This document shows positions 1 through 13,199 of a stretch of DNA of 64,000 nt, piece by piece. A model generated the notes under the pieces. That model was not told the origin of the DNA and made no database searches. It saw only the letters and a list, made by a program, of their open reading frames with translations. The position numbers were made by a program, and so were the translations under genes. The DNA comes from Auanema rhodensis. Lineage: Eukaryota > Animalia > Nematoda. Location: the NCBI GenBank assembly GCA_964057225.1, contig OZ059897.1, positions 4,402,001-4,466,000 on the forward strand, written 5' to 3'. How positions within the stretch are numbered: position 1 is the first letter of the stretch; each line of letters begins with the position of its first letter.

Positions 1-629
1 GAAATTATTTAGAAATTTTTCGGGAAAATTTTTGTCACAATGTTTTTGGAAGCAATGTTGAGTGTACATGGGAACTCAGCATACACTAATGCATTATTTT
101 TCAAACGATCATAACTAATTTTTGTATGGAGCGTTTCTCAATGTAGTATAGTGCATTCGATGCGGATTTTTGAGCTGCGTTGATCTGTGTTATCAGATTT
201 GCGCTAGCTTAAAAATGCACCGAGTAATCAACTGATATAGGTTCACACTTATATCCTCGATTTTCACCCTGAAGAATTAATTTTTTCGTTGAATAACATT
301 GTCCATCGTCTTTGCCTTGAGAAAAGAAATTTAAAAACTCCTACTTTTTGTGAAATTATTTAGAAATTTTTCGGGAAAATTTTTGTCACAATGTTTTTGG
401 AAGCAATGTTGAGTGTACATGGGAACTCAGCATACACTAATGCATTATTTTTCAAACGATCATAACTAATTTTTAAATAGAGCGTTTCTTAATGTAGTAT
501 AGTGCATTCGATGCGGATTTTTGAGCTGCGTTGATCTGTGTTATCAGATTTGCGCTAGCTTAAAAATGCACCGAGTAATCAACTGATATATGTTCACACA
601 TATATCCTCGATTTTCACCCTGAAGAAAT

Positions 630-3600
630 GATTTTTTCGTTGAAAAACATTGTCCATCGTATTCGTCTTGAAAAAAAGAATCTAAAAACATCTACTTTTT
701 GTGAAATTATTTAGAAATTTTTCGGGAAAATTTTTGTCACAATGTTTTTGGAAGCAATGTTGAGTGTACATGGGAACTCAGCATACACTAATGCATTATT
801 TTTCAAACGATCATAACTAATTTTTGTATGGAGCGTTTCTCAATGTAGTATAGTGCATTCGATGCGGATTTTTAAGCTGCGTTGATCTGTGTTATCAGAT
901 TTGCGCTAGCTTAAAAATGCACCGAGTAATCAACTGATATAGGTTCACACTTATATCCTCGATTTTCACCCTGAAGAATTAATTTTTTCGTTGAATAACG
1001 TTGTCCATCGTCTTTGCCTTGAAAAAAAAAATCTAAAAACTCCTACTTTTTGTGAAATTATTTAGAAATTTTTCGGGAAAATTTTTGTCACAATGTTTTT
1101 GGAAGCAATGTTGAGTGTACATGGGAACTCAGCATACACTAATGCATTATTTTTCAAACGATCATAACTAATTTTTGTATAGAGCGTTTCTCAATGTAGT
1201 ATAGTGCATTCGATGCGGATTTTTAAGCTGCGTCGATCTGTGTTATCAGATTTGAGTTAGCTTAAAAATGCACCGAGATATCAACTGATATATGTTCACA
1301 CTTATATCCTCGATTTTCACCCTGAAGAAATGATTTTTTCGTTGAAAAACATTGTCCATCGTATTCGTCTTGAAAAAAAGAATCTAAAAACATCTACTTT
1401 TTGTGAAATTATTCAGAAAATTTTCGGGAAAATTTTTGTCAAAATGTTTTTGGAAGCAATGTTGAGTGTACATTGGAACTCAACATACACTAATGCATTA
1501 TTTTTCAAACGATCATAACTAATTTTTGTATGGAGCGTTTCTCAATGTAGTATAGTGCATTCGATGCGGATTTTTAAGCTGCGTTGATCTGTGTTATCAG
1601 ATTTGCGCTAGCTTAAAAATGCACCGAGTAATCAACTGATATATGTTCACACTTATATCCTCGATTTTCACCCTGAAGAAATGATTTTTTCGTTGAAAAA
1701 CATTGTCCATCGTATTCGTCTTGAAAAAAAGAATCTAAAAACATCTACTTTTTGTGAAATTATTTAGAAATTTTTCGGGAAAATTTTTGTCACAATGTTT
1801 TTGGAAGCAATGTTGAGTGTACATGGGAACTCAGCATACACTAATGCATTATTTTTCAAACGATCATAACTAATTTTTGTATGGAGCGTTTCTCAATGTA
1901 GTATAGTGCATTCGATGCGGATTTTTAAGCTGCGTTGATCTGTGTTATCAGATTTGCGCTAGCTTAAAAATGCACCGAGTAATCAACTGATATAGGTTCA
2001 CACTTATATCCTCGATTTTCACCCTGAAGAATTAATTTTTTCGTTGAATAACATTGTCCATCGTCTTTGCCTTGAAAAAAGAAATCTAAAAACTCCTACT
2101 TTTCGTGAAATTATTTAGAAATTTTTCGGGAAAATTTTTGTCACAATGTTTTTGGAAGCAATGTTGAGTGTACATGGGAACTCAACATACACTAATGCAT
2201 TATTTTTCAAACGATCATAACTAATTTTTAAATAGAGCGTTTCTTAATGTAGTATAGTGCATTCGATGCGGATTTTTGAGCTGCGTTGATCTGTGTTATC
2301 AGATTTGCGCTAGCTTAAAAATGCACCGAGTAATCAACTGATATATGTTCACACTTATATCCTCGATTTTCACCCTGAAGAAATGATTTTTTCGTTGAAA
2401 AACATTGTCCATCGTATTCGTCTTGAAAAAAAGAATCTAAAAACATCTACTTTTTGTGAAATTATTTAGAAATTTTTCGGGAAAATTTTTGTCAAAATGT
2501 TTTTGGAAGCAATGTTGAGTGTACATGGGAACTCAGCATACACTAATGCATTATTTTTCAAACGATCATAACTAATTTTTGTATGGAGCGTTTCTCAATG
2601 TAGTATAGTGCATTCGATGCGGATTTTTAAGCTGCGTTGATCTGTGTTATCAGATTTGCGCTAGCTTAAAAATGCACCGAGTAATCAACTGATATAGGTT
2701 CACACTTATATCCTCGATTTTCACCCTGAAGAATTAATTTTTTCGTTGAATAACGTTGTCCATCGTCTTTGCCTTGAAAAAAAAAATCTAAAAACTCCTA
2801 CTTTTTGTGAAATTATTTAGAAATTTTTCGGGAAAATTTTTGTCACAATGTTTTTGGAAGCAATGTTGAGTGTACATGGGAACTCAGCATACACTAATGC
2901 ATTATTTTTCAAACGATCATAACTAATTTTTGTATAGAGCGTTTCTCAATGTAGTATAGTGCATTCGATGCGGATTTTTAAGCTGCGTCGATCTGTGTTA
3001 TCAGATTTGAGTTAGCTTAAAAATGCACCGAGATATCAACTGATATATGTTCACACTTATATCCTCGATTTTCACCCTGAAGAAATGATTTTTTCGTTGA
3101 AAAACATTGTCCATCGTATTCGTCTTGAAAAAAAGAATCTAAAAACATCTACTTTTTGTGAAATTATTCAGAAAATTTTCGGGAAAATTTTTGTCAAAAT
3201 GTTTTTGGAAGCAATGTTGAGTGTACATTGGAACTCAACATACACTAATGCATTATTTTTCAAACGATCATAACTAATTTTTGTATGGAGCGTTTCTCAA
3301 TGTAGTATAGTGCATTCGATGCGGATTTTTAAGCTGCGTTGATCTGTGTTATCAGATTTGCGCTAGCTTAAAAATGCACCGAGTAATCAACTGATATAGG
3401 TTCACACTTATATCCTCGATTTTCACCCTGAAGAATTAATTTTTTCGTTGAATAACATTGTCCATCATCTTTGCCTTGAAAAAAGAAATCTAAAAACTCC
3501 TACTTTTTGTGAAATTATTTAGAAATTTTTCGGGAAAATTTTAGTCACAATGTTTTTGGAAGCAATGTTGAGTGTACATGGGAACTCAGCATACACTAAT

Positions 3601-4816
3601 GCATTATTTTTCAAACGATCATAACTAATTTTTGTATGGAGCGTTTCTCAATGTAGTATAGTGCATTCGATGCGGATTTTTAAGCTGCGTTGATCTGTGT
3701 TATCAGATTTGCGCTAGCTTAAAAATGCACCGAGTAATCAACTGATATAGGTTCACACTTATATCCTCGATTTTCACCCTGAAGAATTAATTTTTTCGTT
3801 GAATAACATTGTCCATCGTCTTTGCCTTGAAAAAAGAAATCTAAAAACTCCTACTTTTCGTGAAATTATTTAGAAATTTTTCGGGAAAATTTTTGTCACA
3901 ATGTTTTTGGAAGCAATGTTGAGTGTACATGGGAACTCAACATACACTAATGCATTATTTTTCAAACGATCATAACTAATTTTTAAATAGAGCGTTTCTT
4001 AATGTAGTATAGTGCATTCGATGCGGATTTTTGAGCTGCGTTGATCTGTGTTATCAGATTTGCGCTAGCTTAAAAATGCACCGAGTAATCAACTGATATA
4101 TGTTCACACTTATATCCTCGATTTTCACCCTGAAGAAATGATTTTTTCGTTGAAAAACATTGTCCATCGTATTCGTCTTGAAAAAAAGAATCTAAAAACA
4201 TCTACTTTTTGTGAAATTATTTAGAAATTTTTCGGGAAAATTTTTGTCAAAATGTTTTTGGAAGCAATGTTGAGTGTACATGGGAACTCAGCATACACTA
4301 ATGCATTATTTTTCAAACGATCATAACTAATTTTTGTATGGAGCGTTTCTCAATGTAGTATAGTGCATTCGATGCGGATTTTTAAGCTGCGTTGATCTGT
4401 GTTATCAGATTTGCGCTAGCTTAAAAATGCACCGAGTAATCAACTGATATAGGTTCACACTTATATCCTCGATTTTCACCCTGAAGAATTAATTTTTTCG
4501 TTGAATAACGTTGTCCATCGTCTTTGCCTTGAAAAAAAAAATCTAAAAACTCCTACTTTTTGTGAAATTATTTAGAAATTTTTCGGGAAAATTTTTGTCA
4601 CAATGTTTTTGGAAGCAATGTTGAGTGTACATGGGAACTCAGCATACACTAATGCATTATTTTTCAAACGATCATAACTAATTTTTGTATAGAGCGTTTC
4701 TCAATGTAGTATAGTGCATTCGATGCGGATTTTTAAGCTGCGTCGATCTGTGTTATCAGATTTGAGTTAGCTTGAAAATGCACCGAGATATCAACTGATA
4801 TATGTTCACACTTATA
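630..4816 (+). repeat. Local 5-mer higher-order repeat (1755 bp), imperfect; start approximate
   Basis: The private variant aataacGtt occurs at 1000, 2755 and 4510. The private variants cagaaaAttttc and caTtgg occur in the monomers at 1330 and 3085. All are spaced 1755 bp. Confidence 0.8.
868..918. other. Imperfect hairpin/dyad present in every monomer (example copy)
   Basis: atttttaagct (868-878) and agcttaaaaat (908-918) are perfect 11-bp inverted repeats. They enclose gcg/cgc and atctg/cagat pairs around a tgttat loop. Confidence 0.8.
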
Positions 4817-4823
4817 ACTCAAA
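4811..4823. other. Left orientation-switch junction with 2-bp TA microhomology
   Basis: cacactta-TA-actcaaatctg: bases 4815-4816 fit both the forward monomer (cacacttaTAtcc) and the reverse monomer (gcTAactcaaa). Confidence 0.9.
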
Positions 4824-7800
4824 TCTGATAACACAGATCGACGCAGCTTAAAAATCCGCATCGAATGCACTATACTACATTGAGAAACGCTCTATACAAA
4901 AATTAGTTATGATCGTTTGAAAAATAATGCATTAGTGTATGCTGAGTTCCCATGTACACTCAACATTGCTTCCAAAAACATTGTGACAAAAATTTTCCCG
5001 AAAAATTTCTAAATAATTTCACGAAAAGTAGGAGTTTTTAGATTTCTTTTTTCAAGGCAAAGACGATGGACAATGTTATTCAACGAAAAAATTAATTCTT
5101 CAGGGTGAAAATCGAGGATATAAGTGTGAACCTATATCAGTTGATTACTCGGTGCATTTTTAAGCTAGCGCAAATCTGATAACACAGATCGACGCAGCTT
5201 AAAAATCCGCATCGAATGCACTATATTACATTAAGAAACACTCAATACAAAATTTAGTTATGATCGTTTGAAAAATGATGCATTAGTGTATGTTGAGTTT
5301 CCATGTACACTCAACATTGCTTCCAAAAACATTTTGACAAAAATTTTCCCGAAAAATTTCTGAATAATTTCACAAAAAGTAGATGTTTTTAGATTCTTTT
5401 TTTCAAGACGAATACGATGGACAATGTTTTTCAACGAAAAAATCATTTCTTCAGGGTGAAAATCGAGGATATAAGTGTGAACATATATCAGTTGATATCT
5501 CGGTGCATTTTTAAGCTAACTCAAATCTGATAACACAGATCAACGCAGCTCAAAAATCCGCATCGAATGCACTATACTACATTGAGAAACGCTCTATTTA
5601 AAAATTAGTTATGATCGTTTGAAAAATAATGCATTAGTGTATGCTGAGTTCCCATGTACACTCAACATTGCTTCCAAAAACATTGTGACAAAAATTTTCC
5701 CGAAAAATTTCTAAATAATTTCACAAAAAGTAGGAGTTTTTAGATTTCTTTTCTCAAGGCAAAGACGATGGACAATGTTATTCAACGAAAAAATTAATTC
5801 TTCAGGGTGAAAATCGAGGATATAAGTGTGAACCTATATCAGTTGATTACTCGGTGCATTTTTAAGCTAGCGCAAATCTGATAACACAGATCAACGCAGC
5901 TCAAAAATCCGCATCGAATGCACTATACTACATTGAGAAACGCTCCATACAAAAATTAGTTATGATCGTTTGAAAAATAATGCATTAGTGTATGTTGAGT
6001 TCCCATGTACACTCAACATTGCTTCCAAAAACATTTTGACAAAAATTTTCCCGAAAAATTTCTGAATAATTTCACAAAAAGTAGATGTTTTTAGATTCTT
6101 TTTTTCAAGACGAATAGGATGGACAATGTTTTTCAACGAAAAAATAATTTCTTCAGGGTGAAAATCGAGGATATAAGTGTGAACATATATCAGTTGATAT
6201 CTCGGTGCATTTTTAAGCTAACTCAAATCTGATAACACAGATCGACGCAGCTTAAAAATCCGCATCGAATGCACTATACTACATTGAGAAACGCTCTATA
6301 CAAAAATTAGTTATGATCGTTTGAAAAATAATGCATTAGTGTATGCTGAGTTCCCATGTACACTCAACATTGCTTCCAAAAACATTGTGACAAAAATTTT
6401 CCCGAAAAATTTCTAAATAATTTCACAAAAAGTAGATGTTTTTAGATTCCTTTTTTCAAGACGAATACGATGGACAATGTTTTTCAACGAAAAAATCATT
6501 TCTTCAGGGTGAAAATCGAGGATATAAGTGTGAACATATATCAGTTGATATCTCGGTGCATTTTCAAGCTAACTCAAATCTGATAACACAGATCGACGCA
6601 GCTTAAAAATCCGCATCGAATGCACTATACTACATTGAGAAACGCTCTATACAAAAATTAGTTATGATCGTTTGAAAAATAATGCATTAGTGTATGCTGA
6701 GTTCCCATGTACACTCAACATTGCTTCCAAAAACATTGTGACAAAAATTTTCCCGAAAAATTTCTAAATAATTTCACAAAAAGTAGATGTTTTTAGATTC
6801 CTTTTTTCAAGACGAATACGATGGACAATGTTTTTCAACGAAAAAATTAATTCTTCAGGGTGAAAATCGAGGATATAAGTGTGAACATATATCAGTTGAT
6901 ATCTCGGTGCATTTTCAAGCTAACTCAAATCTGATAACACAGATCGACGCAGCTTAAAAATCCGCATCGAATGCACTATACTACATTGAGAAACGCTCTA
7001 TACAAAAATTAGTTATGATCGTTTGAAAAATAATGCATTAGTGTATGCTGAGTTCCCATGTACACTCAACATTGCTTCCAAAAACATTGTGACAAAAATT
7101 TTCCCGAAAAATTTCTAAATAATTTCACGAAAAGTAGGAGTTTTTAGATTTCTTTTTTCAAGGCAAAGACGATGGACAATGTTATTCAACGAAAAAATTA
7201 ATTCTTCAGGGTGAAAATCGAGGATATAAGTGTGAACCTATATCAGTTGATTACTCGGTGCATTTTTAAGCTAGCGCAAATCTGATAACACAGATCGACG
7301 CAGCTTAAAAATCCGCATCGAATGCACTATATTACATTAAGAAACACTCAATACAAAATTTAGTTATGATCGTTTGAAAAATGATGCATTAGTGTATGTT
7401 GAGTTTCCATGTACACTCAACATTGCTTCCAAAAACATTTTGACAAAAATTTTCCCGAAAAATTTCTGAATAATTTCACAAAAAGTAGATGTTTTTAGAT
7501 TCTTTTTTTCAAGACGAATACGATGGACAATGTTTTTCAACGAAAAAATCATTTCTTCAGGGTGAAAATCGAGGATATAAGTGTGAACATATATCAGTTG
7601 ATATCTCGGTGCATTTTTAAGCTAACTCAAATCTGATAACACAGATCAACGCAGCTCAAAAATCCGCATCGAATGCACTATACTACATTGAGAAACGCTC
7701 TATTTAAAAATTAGTTATGATCGTTTGAAAAATAATGCATTAGTGTATGCTGAGTTCCCATGTACACTCAACATTGCTTCCAAAAACATTGTGACAAAAA

Positions 7801-10800
7801 TTTTCCCGAAAAATTTCTAAATAATTTCACAAAAAGTAGGAGTTTTTAGATTTCTTTTCTCAAGGCAAAGACGATGGACAATGTTATTCAACGAAAAAAT
7901 TAATTCTTCAGGGTGAAAATCGAGGATATAAGTGTGAACCTATATCAGTTGATTACTCGGTGCATTTTTAAGCTAGCGCAAATCTGATAACACAGATCAA
8001 CGCAGCTCAAAAATCCGCATCGAATGCACTATACTACATTGAGAAACGCTCTATTTAAAAATTAGTTATGATCGTTTGAAAAATAATGCATTAGTGTATG
8101 CTGAGTTCCCATGTACACTCAACATTGCTTCCAAAAACATTGTGACAAAAATTTTCCCGAAAAATTTCTAAATAATTTCACAAAAAGTAGGAGTTTTTAG
8201 ATTTCTTTTCTCAAGGCAAAGACGATGGACAATGTTATTCAACGAAAAAATTAATTCTTCAGGGTGAAAATCGAGGATATAAGTGTGAACCTATATCAGT
8301 TGATTACTCGGTGCATTTTTAAGCTAGCGCAAATCTGATAACACAGATCAACGCAGCTCAAAAATCCGCATCGAATGCACTATACTACATTGAGAAACGC
8401 TCCATACAAAAATTAGTTATGATCGTTTGAAAAATAATGCATTAGTGTATGTTGAGTTCCCATGTACACTCAACATTGCTTCCAAAAACATTTTGACAAA
8501 AATTTTCCCGAAAAATTTCTGAATAATTTCACAAAAAGTAGATGTTTTTAGATTCTTTTTTTCAAGACGAATAGGATGGACAATGTTTTTCAACGAAAAA
8601 ATAATTTCTTCAGGGTGAAAATCGAGGATATAAGTGTGAACATATATCAGTTGATATCTCGGTGCATTTTTAAGCTAACTCAAATCTGATAACACAGATC
8701 GACGCAGCTTAAAAATCCGCATCGAATGCACTATACTACATTGAGAAACGCTCTATACAAAAATTAGTTATGATCGTTTGAAAAATAATGCATTAGTGTA
8801 TGCTGAGTTCCCATGTACACTCAACATTGCTTCCAAAAACATTGTGACAAAAATTTTCCCGAAAAATTTCTAAATAATTTCACAAAAAGTAGATGTTTTT
8901 AGATTCCTTTTTTCAAGACGAATACGATGGACAATGTTTTTCAACGAAAAAATCATTTCTTCAGGGTGAAAATCGAGGATATAAGTGTGAACATATATCA
9001 GTTGATATCTCGGTGCATTTTCAAGCTAACTCAAATCTGATAACACAGATCGACGCAGCTTAAAAATCCGCATCGAATGCACTATACTACATTGAGAAAC
9101 GCTCTATACAAAAATTAGTTATGATCGTTTGAAAAATAATGCATTAGTGTATGCTGAGTTCCCATGTACACTCAACATTGCTTCCAAAAACATTGTGACA
9201 AAAATTTTCCCGAAAAATTTCTAAATAATTTCACGAAAAGTAGGAGTTTTTAGATATCTTTTTTCAAGGCAAAGACGATGGACAATGTTATTCAACGAAA
9301 AAATTAATTCTTCAGGGTGAAAATCGAGGATATAAGTGTGAACCTATATCAGTTGATTACTCGGTGCATTTTTAAGCTAGCGCAAATCTGATAACACAGA
9401 TCGATGCAGCTTAAAAATCCGCATCGAATGCACTATATTACATTAAGAAACACTCAATACAAAATTTAGTTATGATCGTTTGAAAAATGATGCATTAGTG
9501 TATGTTGAGTTTCCATGTACACTCAACATTGCTTCCAAAAACATTTTGACAAAAATTTTCCCGAAAAATTTCTGAATAATTTCACAAAAAGTAGATGTTT
9601 TTAGATTCTTTTTTTCAAGACGAATACGATGGACAATGTTTTTCAACGAAAAAATCATTTCTTCAGGGTGAAAATCGAGGATATAAGTGTGAACATATAT
9701 CAGTTGATATCTCGGTGCATTTTTAAGCTAACTCAAATCTGATAACACAGATCAACGCAGCTCAAAAATCCGCATCGAATGCACTATACTACATTGAGAA
9801 ACGCTCTATTTAAAAATTAGTTATGATCGTTTGAAAAATAATGCATTAGTGTATGCTGAGTTCCCATGTACACTCAACATTGCTTCCAAAAACATTGTGA
9901 CAAAAATTTTCCCGAAAAATTTCTAAATAATTTCACAAAAAGTAGGAGTTTTTAGATTTCTTTTCTCAAGGCAAAGACGATGGACAATGTTATTCAACGA
10001 AAAAATTAATTCTTCAGGGTGAAAATCGAGGATATAAGTGTGAACCTATATCAGTTGATTACTCGGTGCATTTTTAAGCTAGCGCAAATCTGATAACACA
10101 GATCAACGCAGCTCAAAAATCCGCATCGAATGCACTATACTACATTGAGAAACGCTCCATACAAAAATTAGTTATGATCGTTTGAAAAATAATGCATTAG
10201 TGTATGTTGAGTTCCCATGTACACTCAACATTGCTTCCAAAAACATTTTGACAAAAATTTTCCCGAAAAATTTCTGAATAATTTCACAAAAAGTAGATGT
10301 TTTTAGATTCTTTTTTTCAAGACGAATAGGATGGACAATGTTTTTCAACGAAAAAATAATTTCTTCAGGGTGAAAATCGAGGATATAAGTGTGAACATAT
10401 ATCAGTTGATATCTCGGTGCATTTTTAAGCTAACTCAAATCTGATAACACAGATCGACGCAGCTTAAAAATCCGCATCGAATGCACTATACTACATTGAG
10501 AAACGCTCTATACAAAAATTAGTTATGATCGTTTGAAAAATAATGCATTAGTGTATGCTGAGTTCCCATGTACACTCAACATTGCTTCCAAAAACATTGT
10601 GACAAAAATTTTCCCGAAAAATTTCTAAATAATTTCACAAAAAGTAGATGTTTTTAGATTCCTTTTTTCAAGACGAATACGATGGACAATGTTTTTCAAC
10701 GAAAAAATCATTTCTTCAGGGTGAAAATCGAGGATATAAGTGTGAACATATATCAGTTGATATCTCGGTGCATTTTCAAGCTAACTCAAATCTGATAACA

Positions 10801-11200
10801 CAGATCGACGCAGCTTAAAAATCCGCATCGAATGCACTATACTACATTGAGAAACGCTCTATACAAAAATTAGTTATGATCGTTTGAAAAATAATGCATT
10901 AGTGTATGCTGAGTTCCCATGTACACTCAACATTGCTTCCAAAAACATTGTGACAAAAATTTTCCCGAAAAATTTCTAAATAATTTCACGAAAAGTAGGA
11001 GTTTTTAGATTTCTTTTTTCAAGGCAAAGACGATGGACAATGTTATTCAACGAAAAAATTAATTCTTCAGGGTGAAAATCGAGGATATAAGTGTGAACCT
11101 ATATCAGTTGATTACTCGGTGCATTTTTAAGCTAGCGCAAATCTGATAACACAGATCAACGCAGCTTAAAAATCCGCATCGAATGCACTATACTACATTG
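4815..11200 (-). repeat. Local higher-order repeat, 5-mer core expanded to 6-mers; end approximate
   Basis: A divergent marker monomer lies at ORFs 5258, 7364 and 9470 (2106 spacing). A second marker, cgaataGgat, lies at 6117, 8574 and 10329 (spacings 2457 and 1755). Confidence 0.75.
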
Positions 11201-13199
11201 AGAAACGCTCCATACAAAAATTAGTTATGATCGTTTGAAAAATAATGCATTAGTGTATGTTGAGTTCCCATGTACACTCAACATTGCTTCCAAAAACATT
11301 TTGACAAAAATTTTCCCGAAAAATTTCTGAATAATTTCACAAAAAGTAGATGTTTTTAGATTCTTTTTTTCAAGACGAATACGATGGACAATGTTTTTCA
11401 ACGAAAAAATCATTTCTTCAGGGTGAAAATCGAGGATATAAGTGTGAACATATATCAGTTGATATCTCGGTGCATTTTTAAGCTAACTCAAATCTGATAA
11501 CACAGATCAACGCAGCTCAAAAATCCGCATCGAATGCACTATACTACATTGAGAAACGCTCTATTTAAAAATTAGTTATGATCGTTTGAAAAATAATGCA
11601 TTAGTGTATGCTGAGTTCCCATGTACACTCAACATTGCTTCCAAAAACATTGTGACAAAAATTTTCCCGAAAAATTTCTAAATAATTTCACAAAAAGTAG
11701 ATGTTTTTAGATTCTTTTTTTCAAGACGAATACGATGGACAATGTTTTTCAACGAAAAAATCATTTCTTCAGGGTGAAAATCGAGGATATAAGTGTGAAC
11801 ATATATCAGTTGATTACTCGGTGCATTTTTAAGCTAACTCAAATCTGATAACACAGATCAACGCAGCTCAAAAATCCGCATCGAATGCACTATACTACAT
11901 TGAGAAACGCTCTATTTAAAAATTAGTTATGATCGTTTGAAAAATAATGCATTAGTGTATGCTGAGTTCCCATGTACACTCAACATTGCTTCCAAAAACA
12001 TTGTGACAAAAATTTTCCCGAAAAATTTCTAAATAATTTCACAAAAAGTAGATGTTTTTAGATTCTTTTTTTCAAGACGAATACGATGGACAATGTTTTT
12101 CAACGAAAAAATCATTTCTTCAGGGTGAAAATCGAGGATATAAGTGTGAACATATATCAGTTGATTACTCGGTGCATTTTTAAGCTAGCGCAAATCTGAT
12201 AACACAGATCAACGCAGCTCAAAAATCCGCATCGAATGCACTATACTACATTAAGAAACGCTCTATTTAAAAATTAGTTATGATCGTTTGAAAAATAATG
12301 CATTAATGTATGCTGAGTTCCCATGTACACTCAACATTGCTTCCAAAAACATTGTGACAAAAATTTTCCCGAAAAATTTCTAAATAATTTCACAAAAAGT
12401 AGGAGTTTTTAAATTTCTTTTCTCAAGGCAAAGACGATGGACAATGTTTTTCAACGAAAAAATCATTTCTTCAGGGTGAAAATCGAGGATATAAGTGTGA
12501 ACATATATCAGTTGATATCTCGGTGCATTTTTAAGCTAACTCAAATCTGATAACACAGATCAACGCAGCTCAAAAATCCGCATCGAATGCACTATACTAC
12601 ATTGAGAAACGCTCTATTTAAAAATTAGTTATGATCGTTTGAAAAATAATGCATTAGTGTATGCTGAGTTCCCATGTACACTCAACATTGCTTCCAAAAA
12701 CATTGTGACAAAAATTTTCCCGAAAAATTTCTAAATAATTTCACAAAAAGTAGATGTTTTTAGATTCTTTTTTTCAAGACGAATACGATGGACAATGTTT
12801 TTCAACGAAAAAATCATTTCTTCAGGGTGAAAATCGAGGATATAAGTGTGAACATATATCAGTTGATTACTCGGTGCATTTTTAAGCTAGCGCAAATCTG
12901 ATAACACAGATCAACGCAGCTCAAAAATCCGCATCGAATGCACTATACTACATTAAGAAACGCTCTATTTAAAAATTAGTTATGATCGTTTGAAAAATAA
13001 TGCATTAGTGTATGCTGAGTTCCCATGTACACTCAACATTGCTTCCAAAAACATTGTGACAAAAATTTTCCCGAAAAATTTCTAAATAATTTCACAAAAA
13101 GTAGGAGTTTTTAAATTTCTTTTCTCAAGGCAAAGACGATGGACAATGTTATTCAACGAAAAAATTAATTCTTCAGGGTGAAAATCGAGGATATAAGTG

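Larger units (their letters stand above)
1..4816 (+). repeat. Forward-orientation satellite block 1 (about 13.7 monomers, open at the window start)
   Basis: The forward monomer reads continuously to ...gttcacacttata (4816, monomer position 253 when window base 1 is position 1), then switches strand. Confidence 0.97.

Noticed and set aside
1-351. 5S rDNA, tRNA or snRNA tandem unit, or a dimer of about 175-bp subunits
   Set aside because: I see no recognisable structural RNA sequence, and no convincing similarity between the two halves of the monomer by eye. An Rfam search and a self-alignment would settle this.
635-651. CENP-B box-like motif tttcgttgaaaaacatt
   Set aside because: It matches the 5' half (TTCG....A) of the CENP-B box but lacks the required CGGG at the correct spacing.
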